64,000 bases of DNA. It comes from a virus. Taxonomy: Duplodnaviria > Caudoviricetes. A program made the translations under genes and the position numbers. Below the pieces are notes generated by a model. That model saw only the letters and a program-made list of their open reading frames with translations. It was not told where the DNA came from and searched no databases. Positions 8,574 to 17,266 of this stretch are shown here, piece after piece; position 1 is the stretch's first letter, and every line of letters begins with the position of its first letter. The DNA is taken from positions 19,827 through 83,826 of the IMG/VR virus record IMGVR_UViG_2816332256_000001. One strand, 5' to 3'.

Positions 8574-9492
8574 ATGAAACGAATTTTCGCGGCTGCGCTG
8601 TGCGCGCTTTCAACCTTCGCTTTCGGCGCTACGCTTGCGCCAATTCAACTGCTCAACCCGGCGGGATCGACGAGCGGTCAGGTCATCGCGTCGAATGGTC
8701 CTACCGCGGCGCCATCGTGGCAGAGCGTGACGTACGGGATTCTGCCGACGATCGCGGCGAATTCAGTTCTCGGGAACAGGACAGCCAGTACGGCCGCGCC
8801 TGGCGCAGTATCGTTGCCGAGTGGCAGCACCACCAACAGCGCGCTGCAATACTCGAGCGGAACCGGGTTTTCGTGCGGAAGCGCGTTCGCTCTCACGAGC
8901 GGCACGCTCGCGCAATTTGCGTCGACCACGTCCGCGCAACTCGCGGGCGCGGTGTCGGATGAGACGGGAAGCGGAGCACTCGTATTCGGGACGTCTTCGA
9001 CGATTTCCAGCCCGACGCTCACCCGCACCACGACGGCCGCCGCCGTTACAGCGAGCGGTCTGATTACGCCCGCGAGCGCGGTCGGCATTAAGGGCACGAC
9101 GACAAACGATAGCCCGGCCGCGGGGAGCATGGGGGAGAACCCATCTGCCGGACCTACCACGACCGGAAACCTCACGACGGGTATCGCCGCCAACATAACG
9201 TCGCTGTCGTTGACCGCCGGTGACTGGGTTCTCACGGGAACATGCGCATGGTCGCCCTCTGGCGGCGCAAGTTTGACCGTGCAGCAGTGCGGCATCAGCA
9301 CGATGTCCGCGACATTCGGCGTGTTCGGTACCACTACCAGCTTGATGATTTCGGGGGGCAGCGCATCGGGAAGTGGAATTCCGACCCCAACAGTCGACCT
9401 GAAGCTCGCAGCGCCCACCACGGTGGAACGCAGGGTTCGGATCGGGAACCGTCACCGCTACAGGGCTAATCCGCGCTCGCCGCCCCCGGTAG
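8574..9492 (+). pseudogene. Secreted Ser/Thr-rich phage protein, frameshifted near the 3' end
   Basis: Signal peptide MKRIFAAALCALSTFAFG. The frame loses its composition after PTTV (~9425); the +1 frame continues AGFGSGTVTATGLIRARRPR* to TAG 9490-9492, which also removes the overlap with the next gene. Confidence 0.6.
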
Positions 9493-9556
9493 ATCGCCGG
9501 CTACCTACGGCCCGTGTTATGAGATATATTCCGCACTCTAACAACGGGGAAATATT

Positions 9557-10582
9557 TTGGACCGCCGGTTCGATTTGTTGCGGGTGCTTGCCTGCTTTAT
9601 GGTGGTTGTCGTTCACGTCTCAGGCGCCGATACGCTTTCGTTCGGTCCGAACTGGTGGGCCGGGAATCTCTACGACTCGCTAGCTCGTGCGTGCGTCCCC
9701 ATCTTCTTCATGCTTTCGGGCGCTACCTTGCTTCCGAAAGCAGAGCCGCTTTTTGTGTTTTTCAAAAAGAGGTTTGTAAAAGTTATCCCGCCTCTCGTTG
9801 TCTGGTCGTCCTTTTATCTCTGGTGGCTGTGGTACAACGGCGCACCGGTAGGGGGCGTACTCGATTGGGTCGCTGCTATTTTGCGCGGGCCGACCATGTT
9901 CCACCTGTGGTTCTTTTACGCGATCGTCGGCATTTATTTGTTCGTGCCAGCTATGCGTCGCCTGTATCAAGGATCAACACCTGTCGAGAAGTGGCTCGTT
10001 TTGGTGCTCTGGTTTATGTGGGTGTGCGTGTACCCGATGGCGCACACATTTCGAACCGGAGCCCCACTTGAAGGGCCGTCGAACAACCCACATTCGATTG
10101 GATATTTTGCGCCATATCTCGGCTACGTATTGCTTGGTGCTGTTCTAAGTGAGCGTACATGGCGCAAGACCACGGGCGCAATAATATTTGCGATCGGTAT
10201 ATCGGCAACTGCAATATTTACGTGGGCGCGATCCGCATACATCGGAACGCCGGTTGATGTCTTTTACCTCTACCTTTCTCCGACCGTAACCGTTGCTGCT
10301 GTCGGGCTGTTTATGTTTTTTCTCGGGATAAAACGGGGCGCACCATCTCGATTCCTCAGCAGCATGGCGCAATACACCGTGGCGATCTACGGCTTGCACG
10401 CCTTCGTTATCGATCCAGTCGCTTCCCGAATTGGCCTAAGCACCGTATCTGGAATCGGCTGGATCGACATTCCGCTCACGTCAGCATGCGTTTTCGTGGC
10501 GTCTGCTGTTGCGGTTCATGCTTGGCACCAGTGCAAACGTCTGGCGTATCTTTTTCGGCGTCGAGGCGCTCATCCTGCGTGA
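9557..10582 (+). CDS. Acyltransferase-3 family O-acetyltransferase (WecH/YiaH-like) moron
   Basis: DLLR..ACF.VV..H, VP.FFMLSG..LL, KKR, HLWF.Y...GIYL..P; about 10 TM segments; AT-richer than flanks. Confidence 0.85.
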   Translation: MDRRFDLLRVLACFMVVVVHVSGADTLSFGPNWWAGNLYDSLARACVPIFFMLSGATLLPKAEPLFVFFKKRFVKVIPPLVVWSSFYLWWLWYNGAPVGGVLDWVAAILRGPTMFHLWFFYAIVGIYLFVPAMRRLYQGSTPVEKWLVLVLWFMWVCVYPMAHTFRTGAPLEGPSNNPHSIGYFAPYLGYVLLGAVLSERTWRKTTGAIIFAIGISATAIFTWARSAYIGTPVDVFYLYLSPTVTVAAVGLFMFFLGIKRGAPSRFLSSMAQYTVAIYGLHAFVIDPVASRIGLSTVSGIGWIDIPLTSACVFVASAVAVHAWHQCKRLAYLFRRRGAHPA

Positions 10583-10901
10583 GCTCTTGCTTAACGGCCG
10601 CTGCGCCCTTGCCAACCGCCAAGTGCCAAGCGGGGACGGAATAAGATGCGGCCCGTATAATCGCCCGGCGGCGCGCGGCCGCCGCATCGCTCTGGCGCAC
10701 GAAACACTCTTGGACTTTGGCTACTGCTAGATTCTGCCCGACAGTAATCACGATCCGGTGGTCTAGCGATTCGATGCTCATGCCGTATTTTTCGACAAGC
10801 GTGTCCGCGTCTGCGTCATTGAGAAGCGGATCCCACCCACGCGTGTACGGTAATCCAGACGCCTTTTCTGAAAGCGCCAAAAGGTCTTGATAGTCGATCA
10901 T
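10476..10901 (-). CDS. Phage hypothetical protein
   Basis: W.PL.NDADA...AARRAI.RAA pattern typical of small phage proteins; 3' end overlaps the acyltransferase, so the true end is uncertain. Confidence 0.5.
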   Translation of the reverse strand: MIDYQDLLALSEKASGLPYTRGWDPLLNDADADTLVEKYGMSIESLDHRIVITVGQNLAVAKVQECFVRQSDAAAARRRAIIRAASYSVPAWHLAVGKGAAAVKQELTQDERLDAEKDTPDVCTGAKHEPQQQTPRKRMLT

Positions 10902-10969
10902 TTACAAATCGCTCCTTCGTGGTCGGGCCGACATTCTTACATTATTCTCACGCCGCTACGTGAATTTCG

Positions 10970-11068
10970 TCAGGCCGCCACACCGAGCGCCGCGCGGATT
11001 GGAATGACGTCGGCTGCGCGGCCATCTGCGCACGCGCCGACGAACTCGGCCCACTGCTCGAGCGCGGC
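10970..11068 (-). pseudogene. Possible C-terminal remnant of a second tyrosine integrase
   Basis: AALEQWAEFV...DVIPIRAA...* resembles the C-terminal helix and VIP tail of P4/phage integrases; no upstream body. Confidence 0.4.
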
Positions 11069-11127
11069 GCTGCCGTTCCCGAACATCAAGGATCACGCGA
11101 TCGCGCGCGTGATCAACGCGCTGACTC

Positions 11128-12201
11128 TCACTGCGTCTGCTTAGGCGCGAGCCGATCCAGCCACTCCCACCCGGCCCAGCGGTCGCCGGTGTGGCGCAGG
11201 TGGGTGTACCGCTTCAGGGACGCCCAACTGCGATGGCCTGTGACCGCAGCTACGTGCGGGATATTCCATCCCATCTCGAATAGGCGTGATGCGCCTTCAT
11301 GCCGCAGGTCGTGAAAGTGCAGGTCGTCGATCGCGAGGAATTCGCATGCCCGCGTGAAGCTCGCGCTGATCGACCGGTGGTTATAGGGAAAGATGCGCCC
11401 CTTGGCCGGCTTCACGGCATCAATAATGCGTGCTGCCTCCGGCGGCAAGTCGCACCATGTGTCGTTACCAATTTTCTGCCCCGGGTGCTTCATGTCGCGG
11501 ACCAGCACCCGGTCGCCCTGGTAGTCCTCGACGGCGATCGTCGTGATTTCCTCCTGCCTGCGTGTCGAGAAAAGCGCGAAAACGATGATCTCGCGCATTG
11601 GGATCTCGGCGCGCTCGCGCGCCTCCATATCGGTGTAGTAGGAGAGGATCCGATTGAGCTCGTCGGGGGCAGGGCGCCGGTCGCGCTGCCTTGAGCGGCC
11701 AGTCACGCCGAGATTTTTCAGGACCACTGTCGCGTCATCAAGCGCTTGCGCATCCAGCGGGTACCCCCATGCTGGCCGCGCGATGCGCACGACGGCGGCC
11801 AGGTGCGACATATAGTTCCCAACCGTCTGAGGCTTTACATCGAGGGACTGGGCGAACTGGACGTATTCACTGCTCCCGATCGCCGAGCTGCGCATCGCGC
11901 CAATCTCGGCGGCAGAGATTGTCCGCAGCACCTGCTCCTTTGTGCGCCCCATGTCTTTTTTCGATTCCCGGATGTACCGGTCGATCACGTCGGCGAGCGG
12001 CGGATCTTCCAGCTTCGCTGACTCGAGCGCGCCGGGGCGCGACAGCTCGCGCTCCCGCTTATCCAGCCATGCGCGCGCAGCGGCCTCGCGGTCGAACGTC
12101 TGAGCCTGGGTGAAAACAACCCTCCCATCCTCCTTTCGGCGGATCTGGGCGGTGTAGCCTATACTTCCATCCTTGCGTTTTCTGGGGGTGATCGTGCCCA
12201 T
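11128..12201 (-). CDS. int: Tyrosine integrase, dusA-associated (DAI) type
   Basis: Catalytic set R (STRRQEEI), K (DMKHP), HxxR (HDLRH), H (TGH), Y (KRYTH); divergent from and adjacent to dusA. Confidence 0.88.
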   Translation of the reverse strand: MGTITPRKRKDGSIGYTAQIRRKEDGRVVFTQAQTFDREAAARAWLDKRERELSRPGALESAKLEDPPLADVIDRYIRESKKDMGRTKEQVLRTISAAEIGAMRSSAIGSSEYVQFAQSLDVKPQTVGNYMSHLAAVVRIARPAWGYPLDAQALDDATVVLKNLGVTGRSRQRDRRPAPDELNRILSYYTDMEARERAEIPMREIIVFALFSTRRQEEITTIAVEDYQGDRVLVRDMKHPGQKIGNDTWCDLPPEAARIIDAVKPAKGRIFPYNHRSISASFTRACEFLAIDDLHFHDLRHEGASRLFEMGWNIPHVAAVTGHRSWASLKRYTHLRHTGDRWAGWEWLDRLAPKQTQ

Positions 12202-12210
12202 GGTGTCCCG

Positions 12211-12247
12211 GTGCTACGCGGAAAAAATTGGAGCTACATCGTAGCAC
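12211..12247. repeat. Inverted repeat GTGCTACG...CGTAGCAC upstream of the integrase
   Basis: 8-bp arms at 12211-12218 and 12240-12247; possible integrase or Xis binding site near att. Confidence 0.5.
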
Positions 12248-12322
12248 TCGGCCGCAAAAACCGGCAAAAACCACCGAAAACGGCGTCGAATCACACATGC
12301 CTAAACATGGCGTAAATGCTTG

Positions 12323-13363
12323 ATGCAACAGAATTTTTCAACGAAATCAACGGGTAGGCGCGTTTCCGTTGCGCCGATGCTCGACTGGACCGATCGTCAT
12401 TGCCGCTCGTTCCATCGCACGCTGACGCGCGACACGTGGCTGTATACGGAAATGATCACGACGGGCGCGCTGCTGTTCGGCGACGCGCAGCGGCATCTCG
12501 CGTTCACGCCGAACGAATCGCCGGTCGCGCTGCAACTCGGCGGCAGCGAACCGGACGATCTCGCCCGCGCCGCGAAGCTCGGCGAGCAGTGGGGCTACGA
12601 CGAGATCAACCTGAATTGCGGGTGCCCGTCCGAGCGCGTGCAGCGCGGCGCATTCGGTGCGTGCCTGATGAACGAGCCGCAACTCGTCGCCGACTGCGTG
12701 AAGGCGATGCGCGATGCGGTGTCGGTGCCCGTGACGGTCAAGCACCGGATCGGGGTCGACGCAGTGGAGGACTATGCATTTGTGCGCGACTTCGTCGGCA
12801 CGGTTGCGCAGGCAGGCTGCGACACGTTCATCGTGCATGCCCGCAATGCGATCCTGAAAGGGCTGTCGCCGAAGGAGAACCGCGAGATCCCGCCGCTCAA
12901 GTACGACTATGCGTATCGGCTGAAGCGCGATTTCCCGGCGCTGGAGATCGTGATCAACGGCGGGATCAAGACGCTCGACGAGGTGGCGGAGCATCTCGAG
13001 CACGTTGACGGCGTGATGCTCGGCCGCGAGGCGTATCACAACCCGTACGTGCTCGCGGGCGGCGATGCGCGCTTTTACGGATCGACTGCGCCGGCGCCGA
13101 CGCGCGAAGAGGCCGAGGCGAAGCTGATCGAATATTGCGCGGCGGAGTTGAAGCGCGGCACCTATCTCGGCGCGATCGTCCGGCACGCGCTCGGGCTGTA
13201 TCGCGGTGTCGCGGGCGCACGTGGCTGGCGGCGCGTGCTGTCGGACAACAAGAAGCTCGCGCGCGGCGATCTGAGCGTGTTCGACGAGGCGCGCACGCAT
13301 CTGAACGACGCTATCGAAAATTTTGAAAAAAATGCTTTGCAAGATGGAAAAGTGTTCGTATAA
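12323..13363 (+). CDS. dusA: tRNA-dihydrouridine(20/20a) synthase DusA
   Basis: SVAPMLDWTDRHCR, EINLNCGCPS.RVQ.G.FGACLM, VHAR, GVMLGREAY.NP motifs. Confidence 0.97.
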   Translation: MQQNFSTKSTGRRVSVAPMLDWTDRHCRSFHRTLTRDTWLYTEMITTGALLFGDAQRHLAFTPNESPVALQLGGSEPDDLARAAKLGEQWGYDEINLNCGCPSERVQRGAFGACLMNEPQLVADCVKAMRDAVSVPVTVKHRIGVDAVEDYAFVRDFVGTVAQAGCDTFIVHARNAILKGLSPKENREIPPLKYDYAYRLKRDFPALEIVINGGIKTLDEVAEHLEHVDGVMLGREAYHNPYVLAGGDARFYGSTAPAPTREEAEAKLIEYCAAELKRGTYLGAIVRHALGLYRGVAGARGWRRVLSDNKKLARGDLSVFDEARTHLNDAIENFEKNALQDGKVFV

Positions 13364-13364
13364 T
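13337..13364 (+). promoter_or_regulatory. Sigma70 promoter of tRNA-His
   Basis: TTGCAA-16 bp-TATAAT overlapping the dusA stop codon. Confidence 0.75.
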
Positions 13365-13421
13365 CTTGTTCTTCGCTGCTGAACACGAAACGAAACAGCG
13401 AAGACGCAAAGCAGTATCAGT

Positions 13422-13498
13422 GGTGGCTGTAGCTCAGTTGGTAGAGTCCAGGATTGTGATTCCTGTTGTCGTGGGTTCGAGTCCCATCAGCCACCCCA
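13422..13498 (+). tRNA. tRNA-His (GUG), with G-1 and encoded CCA; likely attB of prophage 2
   Basis: GTGGCTG/CAGCCAC acceptor stem, D-loop AGTTGGTA, anticodon loop TTGTGAT, GTTCGAGTC T-loop. Confidence 0.98.
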
Positions 13499-13588
13499 AC
13501 AAATTCAAGCACTTGCAGCAGAAACAAGCTGGCGTGTTACAGGTTTTGGAAGATGAGATTCCAAAATTTGGAAGATTAAGACAAAATG

Positions 13589-13613
13589 AAAGCCCGCCAT
13601 GTGCGGGCTTTTT
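13589..13613 (+). terminator. Intrinsic terminator after tRNA-His
   Basis: AAAGCCCGC-CATGT-GCGGGCTTTTT. Confidence 0.75.
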
Positions 13614-13656
13614 GTCGTCGAGCAGAACCAGAAAAAGAATCGGGTTGGGGGCCAAC

Positions 13657-14235
13657 ATGGGCTATGTGCCGCAGGTGCAGCAGATCGCAAATCTCGTTGA
13701 GTATCACAACTACTGGATTGACGACGGACAAGGCAATCGAGTCGTCAACCCTGCGTTCGACGGCAACTGTAGGATGCTGTTGGACCTGAAAAGGGATACG
13801 GAACGTGGCCACAACGCCGCTGTCACGCATTTCAGTCGTGAAGTCGAGGCGTTCCTTGCGGCACATGGGGTACCGCCACCAAACTTGCAGGTCCTCATCG
13901 CGATCGTTCCCTCCAGCAAGCAGGGGACGTGGGGCGCAGGCCTTGAAAAGATCGCGGCAAATCTGATCCGGAGAAATGCGAACTTCATCGACGCAACGCG
14001 TGTGCTCGAGCGCACGACAACAATCCAGAAGCTCGCAGCTGGGGGCAATCGGAACCAGGCAGTGCACCAAGCGTCTATTCGAATCGGAAATGGAGGCGCA
14101 AAGATCGCGCAGAAGACGATTCTTCTCCTCGACGACATCACTACGACAGGTAACTCACTTGTGGCTTGCGCCGATCTTCTTTGCCGAGCGGGTGCTGCAA
14201 CGGTGATGCCTCTCGCACTTGGGCGGACAACATGA
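13657..14235 (+). CDS. Type I phosphoribosyltransferase (ComF/ShosT-like), 192 aa
   Basis: PRPP-binding motif ILLLDDITTTGNSL; IVPSS motif; no ComF zinc finger. Confidence 0.85.
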   Translation: MGYVPQVQQIANLVEYHNYWIDDGQGNRVVNPAFDGNCRMLLDLKRDTERGHNAAVTHFSREVEAFLAAHGVPPPNLQVLIAIVPSSKQGTWGAGLEKIAANLIRRNANFIDATRVLERTTTIQKLAAGGNRNQAVHQASIRIGNGGAKIAQKTILLLDDITTTGNSLVACADLLCRAGAATVMPLALGRTT

Positions 14236-15176
14236 CGAATTCTGATCTGTCTATTTGTGTTGTCGCACAGCTCCTTCTTCGTGCTTGCCGTATGAGCCCT
14301 GGCGCGGTATCGGCATTGCTCCTGAAGGCTCCAGTTGCGCAGATGGTCGACGAACTGGACCTCATCGAATGGTGTGAGAGTCAGGGGATGTCGCGCGACA
14401 AGGTGGGTGACGAGGCAGCGTTGGCATCCTGCAGAAAGTCCATTAGCGAGACGGTAGAGGCCGGGATCGACGTCGTTCCGGTGACATCGGATCACTACCC
14501 TGTTCATCTGAAGCTCATCGAAGATGCACCGCCTGTGATTTATTCGAAAGGGAATATAGAGCTGCTTTCTGCGAAACCCGGCGTTTCGGTCGTAGGTACG
14601 CGCAAGGCGTCGCCAAACGGTCTGCGGATAGCGGAGCGTATAGCAGGTTATTTTGCTGAGCGGCATTGGACGATTGTGAGTGGCCTTGCATTAGGAATCG
14701 ATGCGGCTGCGCACCGGGGCGCTCTCGGAGTATCGGGTGCGACAATCGCAGTGCTTGCACACGGATTGCACCATGCGACGCCGAAAGCGAATGCGCATCT
14801 GGCAAACGATATTTTGGCGAATGGTGGTGCATGGGTTTCTGAGCATCCCATCAACGTTCCCGCGCTGCCAGAGCAGTTCGTGCAACGCAATCGGATTCAG
14901 ATTGGGCTGTCCGCTGGATCTATCATCGTCGAAGGAGAGGAGCGAAGCGGAACCATGACGCAGGCGGAGTTTTGCTTACGTAATCGCAGGCAACTATTTG
15001 CGGTTCTTCCTGAGAAAGCTGACGAGTTGAGGCTCGTATCGAAAGGGCCTCTGATACTAATTAATCGTCGAGGAGCTACGCCGCTGCGATCACGTGACGA
15101 CTACGAGTCGGCTGCACATCTGATGGAAGTGAAGCGCGCGATGTTGGCTACTCTGCCGCTTACGAGCCCAGATTGA
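14232..15176 (+). CDS. dprA: DprA/Smf-like Rossmann-fold protein (ShosA-like)
   Basis: PPVIY.KG, VVGTRK.S..G, VSGLALGIDAAAH.GAL, RNRIQ.GLS...VEG...SGT; ATGA overlap with the PRTase. Confidence 0.88.
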   Translation: MTNSDLSICVVAQLLLRACRMSPGAVSALLLKAPVAQMVDELDLIEWCESQGMSRDKVGDEAALASCRKSISETVEAGIDVVPVTSDHYPVHLKLIEDAPPVIYSKGNIELLSAKPGVSVVGTRKASPNGLRIAERIAGYFAERHWTIVSGLALGIDAAAHRGALGVSGATIAVLAHGLHHATPKANAHLANDILANGGAWVSEHPINVPALPEQFVQRNRIQIGLSAGSIIVEGEERSGTMTQAEFCLRNRRQLFAVLPEKADELRLVSKGPLILINRRGATPLRSRDDYESAAHLMEVKRAMLATLPLTSPD

Positions 15177-15219
15177 GCCGGACTTATCTGTCGCGCCCGA
15201 CGGCTTGGTCTCGCTCGCG

Positions 15220-16341
15220 TCAGCGTGTCGCACGCACTTTTCGTTGTCTGCGGCGATCGTATGTCTTTCGTACCATCCGTTCGTCCGCATGGCCAGTCGC
15301 ATCGATAATCCGGTCGTCGCCTTCCTCCTGGCGATCGGTCACGGCGGCCGGCCGCATGTCACGCAGCGCGAACCGTTCGAACGGCACGCAGCGCGCCTGC
15401 GCTTCCTTCTCGCAATAGCCCATCAGCCGGGACCAGTTCGTGTTCCAGCCGCTGCGCGTGTACACCTGGCCGGCGGTGTTGCCGAACACGTGGACGCTCG
15501 ATGTGCGCTGCAGCGCGAGCGCCTCGTCGATCACGGCCTTCAGCTCGGGCGACCACAACACGAGTTTTACGCGCTGCTGCTCGCCGGCCTTGCGCTTCCC
15601 GATCGGCACCTCGACGCCTTCCGGCCTGATGCTCTGGCGGTGCAGCTCGCGCATCTCGGTCGGCCGGCTGACGGTGAGGTATGCCGCCTGCACGCAGAGC
15701 GCCAGAATCAAGTATGCGGAGCTGGGATGCTGATCGCCGACGCTGCGGCGCGAGCGCGCGACTTCGACCGCGAGATCGATCTCGTCCTGACGCACGTAGC
15801 GCTGGCGCGGCCGGGTCGGGTTGTACTCGATGCCGCGGCACGGGTTCGTTTCGAGGTCGCCGCGGCGCCGGCCGTATTCGAGGATCGCGGACAGGAGGGC
15901 GATTTCCTTGTTCGCCTTCGCCGGCGCGCCGAGCTGCGCACGTTTGTCGAGGTAGCCATAGACGTGCTTCGGCTTGATCGCGGCCGGCGCCATCTTCCCG
16001 AAGACCTTGACCAAGCGCTTCGACTCGACGCGGTTCTCGTCCAGGGTGGACTGCGCCTTGCGGCGCTCGTCGGTGTGCGGTAATCCGTCCTGCCATTCGA
16101 AGTACCGCGCGACGAGCGCCTCGACCGTGCCAGGTTCGATCGCATTCCCGTTGAGAGCTTCCGCACGCTCGATCGCCTGCTTGCGGATCTCGGCGAGCGC
16201 TTCCTTGTTGTGGGCAGGCGCCGACAGGCGGAACGCCCAGCGGCCGTTCGGCAGCTTGTAGCCGAAGCTGACCTTGTGTTTCCCGTAGTGGGCGTAGAGC
16301 CGGAAGGGTAACCCGTCCGGCCGCTTGCGTCGTCCGATCAT
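15220..16341 (-). CDS. int: Tyrosine integrase of prophage 2
   Basis: SRPTE, RDMRP, TGH, KTYDR catalytic motifs; points toward the tRNA att site. Confidence 0.9.
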   Translation of the reverse strand: MIGRRKRPDGLPFRLYAHYGKHKVSFGYKLPNGRWAFRLSAPAHNKEALAEIRKQAIERAEALNGNAIEPGTVEALVARYFEWQDGLPHTDERRKAQSTLDENRVESKRLVKVFGKMAPAAIKPKHVYGYLDKRAQLGAPAKANKEIALLSAILEYGRRRGDLETNPCRGIEYNPTRPRQRYVRQDEIDLAVEVARSRRSVGDQHPSSAYLILALCVQAAYLTVSRPTEMRELHRQSIRPEGVEVPIGKRKAGEQQRVKLVLWSPELKAVIDEALALQRTSSVHVFGNTAGQVYTRSGWNTNWSRLMGYCEKEAQARCVPFERFALRDMRPAAVTDRQEEGDDRIIDATGHADERMVRKTYDRRRQRKVRATR

Positions 16342-16343
16342 GA

Positions 16344-16583
16344 TTAGAGTGCGGCGAAGTTCGGTTCTTCTGAGGCGGCAGCGCGCTGCCGGCGCGCGGA
16401 TGATGGCGCTGCGGTGCCGTTCATGCGGGCTTCGTAATACTCGCGCGCGACGAGCGGCACGCCGGCGATGTTGACCGCGAACGGCCAGTGATTGCGCTCG
16501 AGCCAGCGTTTCATGCAGGCGTGGCTGCGCGGCTTGCAGCCCACCAGCTCGGCCAGCTCTGGCGTGGTGAGGTAGATGCTCAT
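16344..16583 (-). CDS. Excisionase-like (DUF4224)
   Basis: YLT..EL.ELVG.K....WL...W.F...AG.P.V.R; directly upstream of int. Confidence 0.75.
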   Translation of the reverse strand: MSIYLTTPELAELVGCKPRSHACMKRWLERNHWPFAVNIAGVPLVAREYYEARMNGTAAPSSARRQRAAASEEPNFAAL

Positions 16584-17266
16584 GGTGAGATCCTGCGAAA
16601 TTCAACGACCCAGACCCAGGGATTGGTGTCCCAGCCATGCCCACGCGCCGCGTTCAGGCTGTCCCACAGGTCATGAAAGGCGCGGATGCTGGGCGGCCGG
16701 TATGCGCCGGCGCAGTAACCGCGCATGTGATGGTCCTCGATCGTCACGCCTTCGGCGCGCGCGTCCGACTCGCTGATGCTCTGCAGGCGCTCGGCGCGCA
16801 CGCGCGTGATTTCCAGCGTGATGCGCGACGCCCAGCGCGGCATGTGGATCGATGGCGTCCAGCGCTGGTAGTTGTAGAGCGTGGGGTTGTATCCCGGCGG
16901 TGCGATGACTTCGAATTGACCTCCTGCGGCATATGCGATGTTCCAACGTGTGGCTTGCGGCTGTTTCGGCGCCGCGTCAAACGGCGCCGGCATGAACGCT
17001 TCGCGCACCCACATCCGGTCGCCAATCTCGCCGAACGGCGATTTGCATCCCCATTCGCCGTCATCGCTGAATGCGCCGAAGATCTCCGGGCCGGGCGCCT
17101 CGTCGCCGCGCCGGTCGATGATCGTCGGGTGGTAACGCGCGGCGGTGATCGGCGTGACATCGACGGGCGGCTGGTGCTTCATCGCGCGGCGCGTCTGCGT
17201 CTTGCGGCCTTCGAGGATGGCGCGCACCATCGGGCCGCTGAAAAGGATCGGGCGCTCTTTCATCAT
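16580..17266 (-). CDS. Phage protein, ASCH/PUA-like family
   Basis: ERPILFSGPMVRAILEGRKTQTRR...W.PSIHMPRWASRI.LEIT.VR.ERLQ. Confidence 0.7.
   Translation of the reverse strand: MMKERPILFSGPMVRAILEGRKTQTRRAMKHQPPVDVTPITAARYHPTIIDRRGDEAPGPEIFGAFSDDGEWGCKSPFGEIGDRMWVREAFMPAPFDAAPKQPQATRWNIAYAAGGQFEVIAPPGYNPTLYNYQRWTPSIHMPRWASRITLEITRVRAERLQSISESDARAEGVTIEDHHMRGYCAGAYRPPSIRAFHDLWDSLNAARGHGWDTNPWVWVVEFRRISP

Larger units (their letters stand above)
1..12370. mobile_element. Prophage 1 (right arm), Mu/SfV-type tail module, integrated at the 5' end of dusA
   Basis: Contiguous baseplate, fibre, lysis and integrase genes ending directly at dusA; right boundary approximate, left part outside the window. 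Confidence 0.9.

Noticed and set aside
9493-9683. C-terminal 60+ residues of the 369-aa ORF overlapping the acyltransferase
   Set aside because: Composition changes abruptly after ~9425 and a better-matching end exists in the +1 frame.
11069-11127. Plus-strand fragment ALPFPNIKDHAIARVINAL and hairpin GATCACGCG...CGCGTGATC
   Set aside because: May be another gene remnant or terminator, but I cannot assign a family and there is no U tract.
13366-13656. N-terminal extension of the PRTase given by the ORF track
   Set aside because: It runs through tRNA-His and its terminator; ATG 13657 is the plausible start.
13657-15176. Host competence genes comF/dprA
   Set aside because: Inside the prophage, AT-richer than host genes, PRTase lacks the ComF zinc finger, and the two are translationally coupled as in the defence arrangement.
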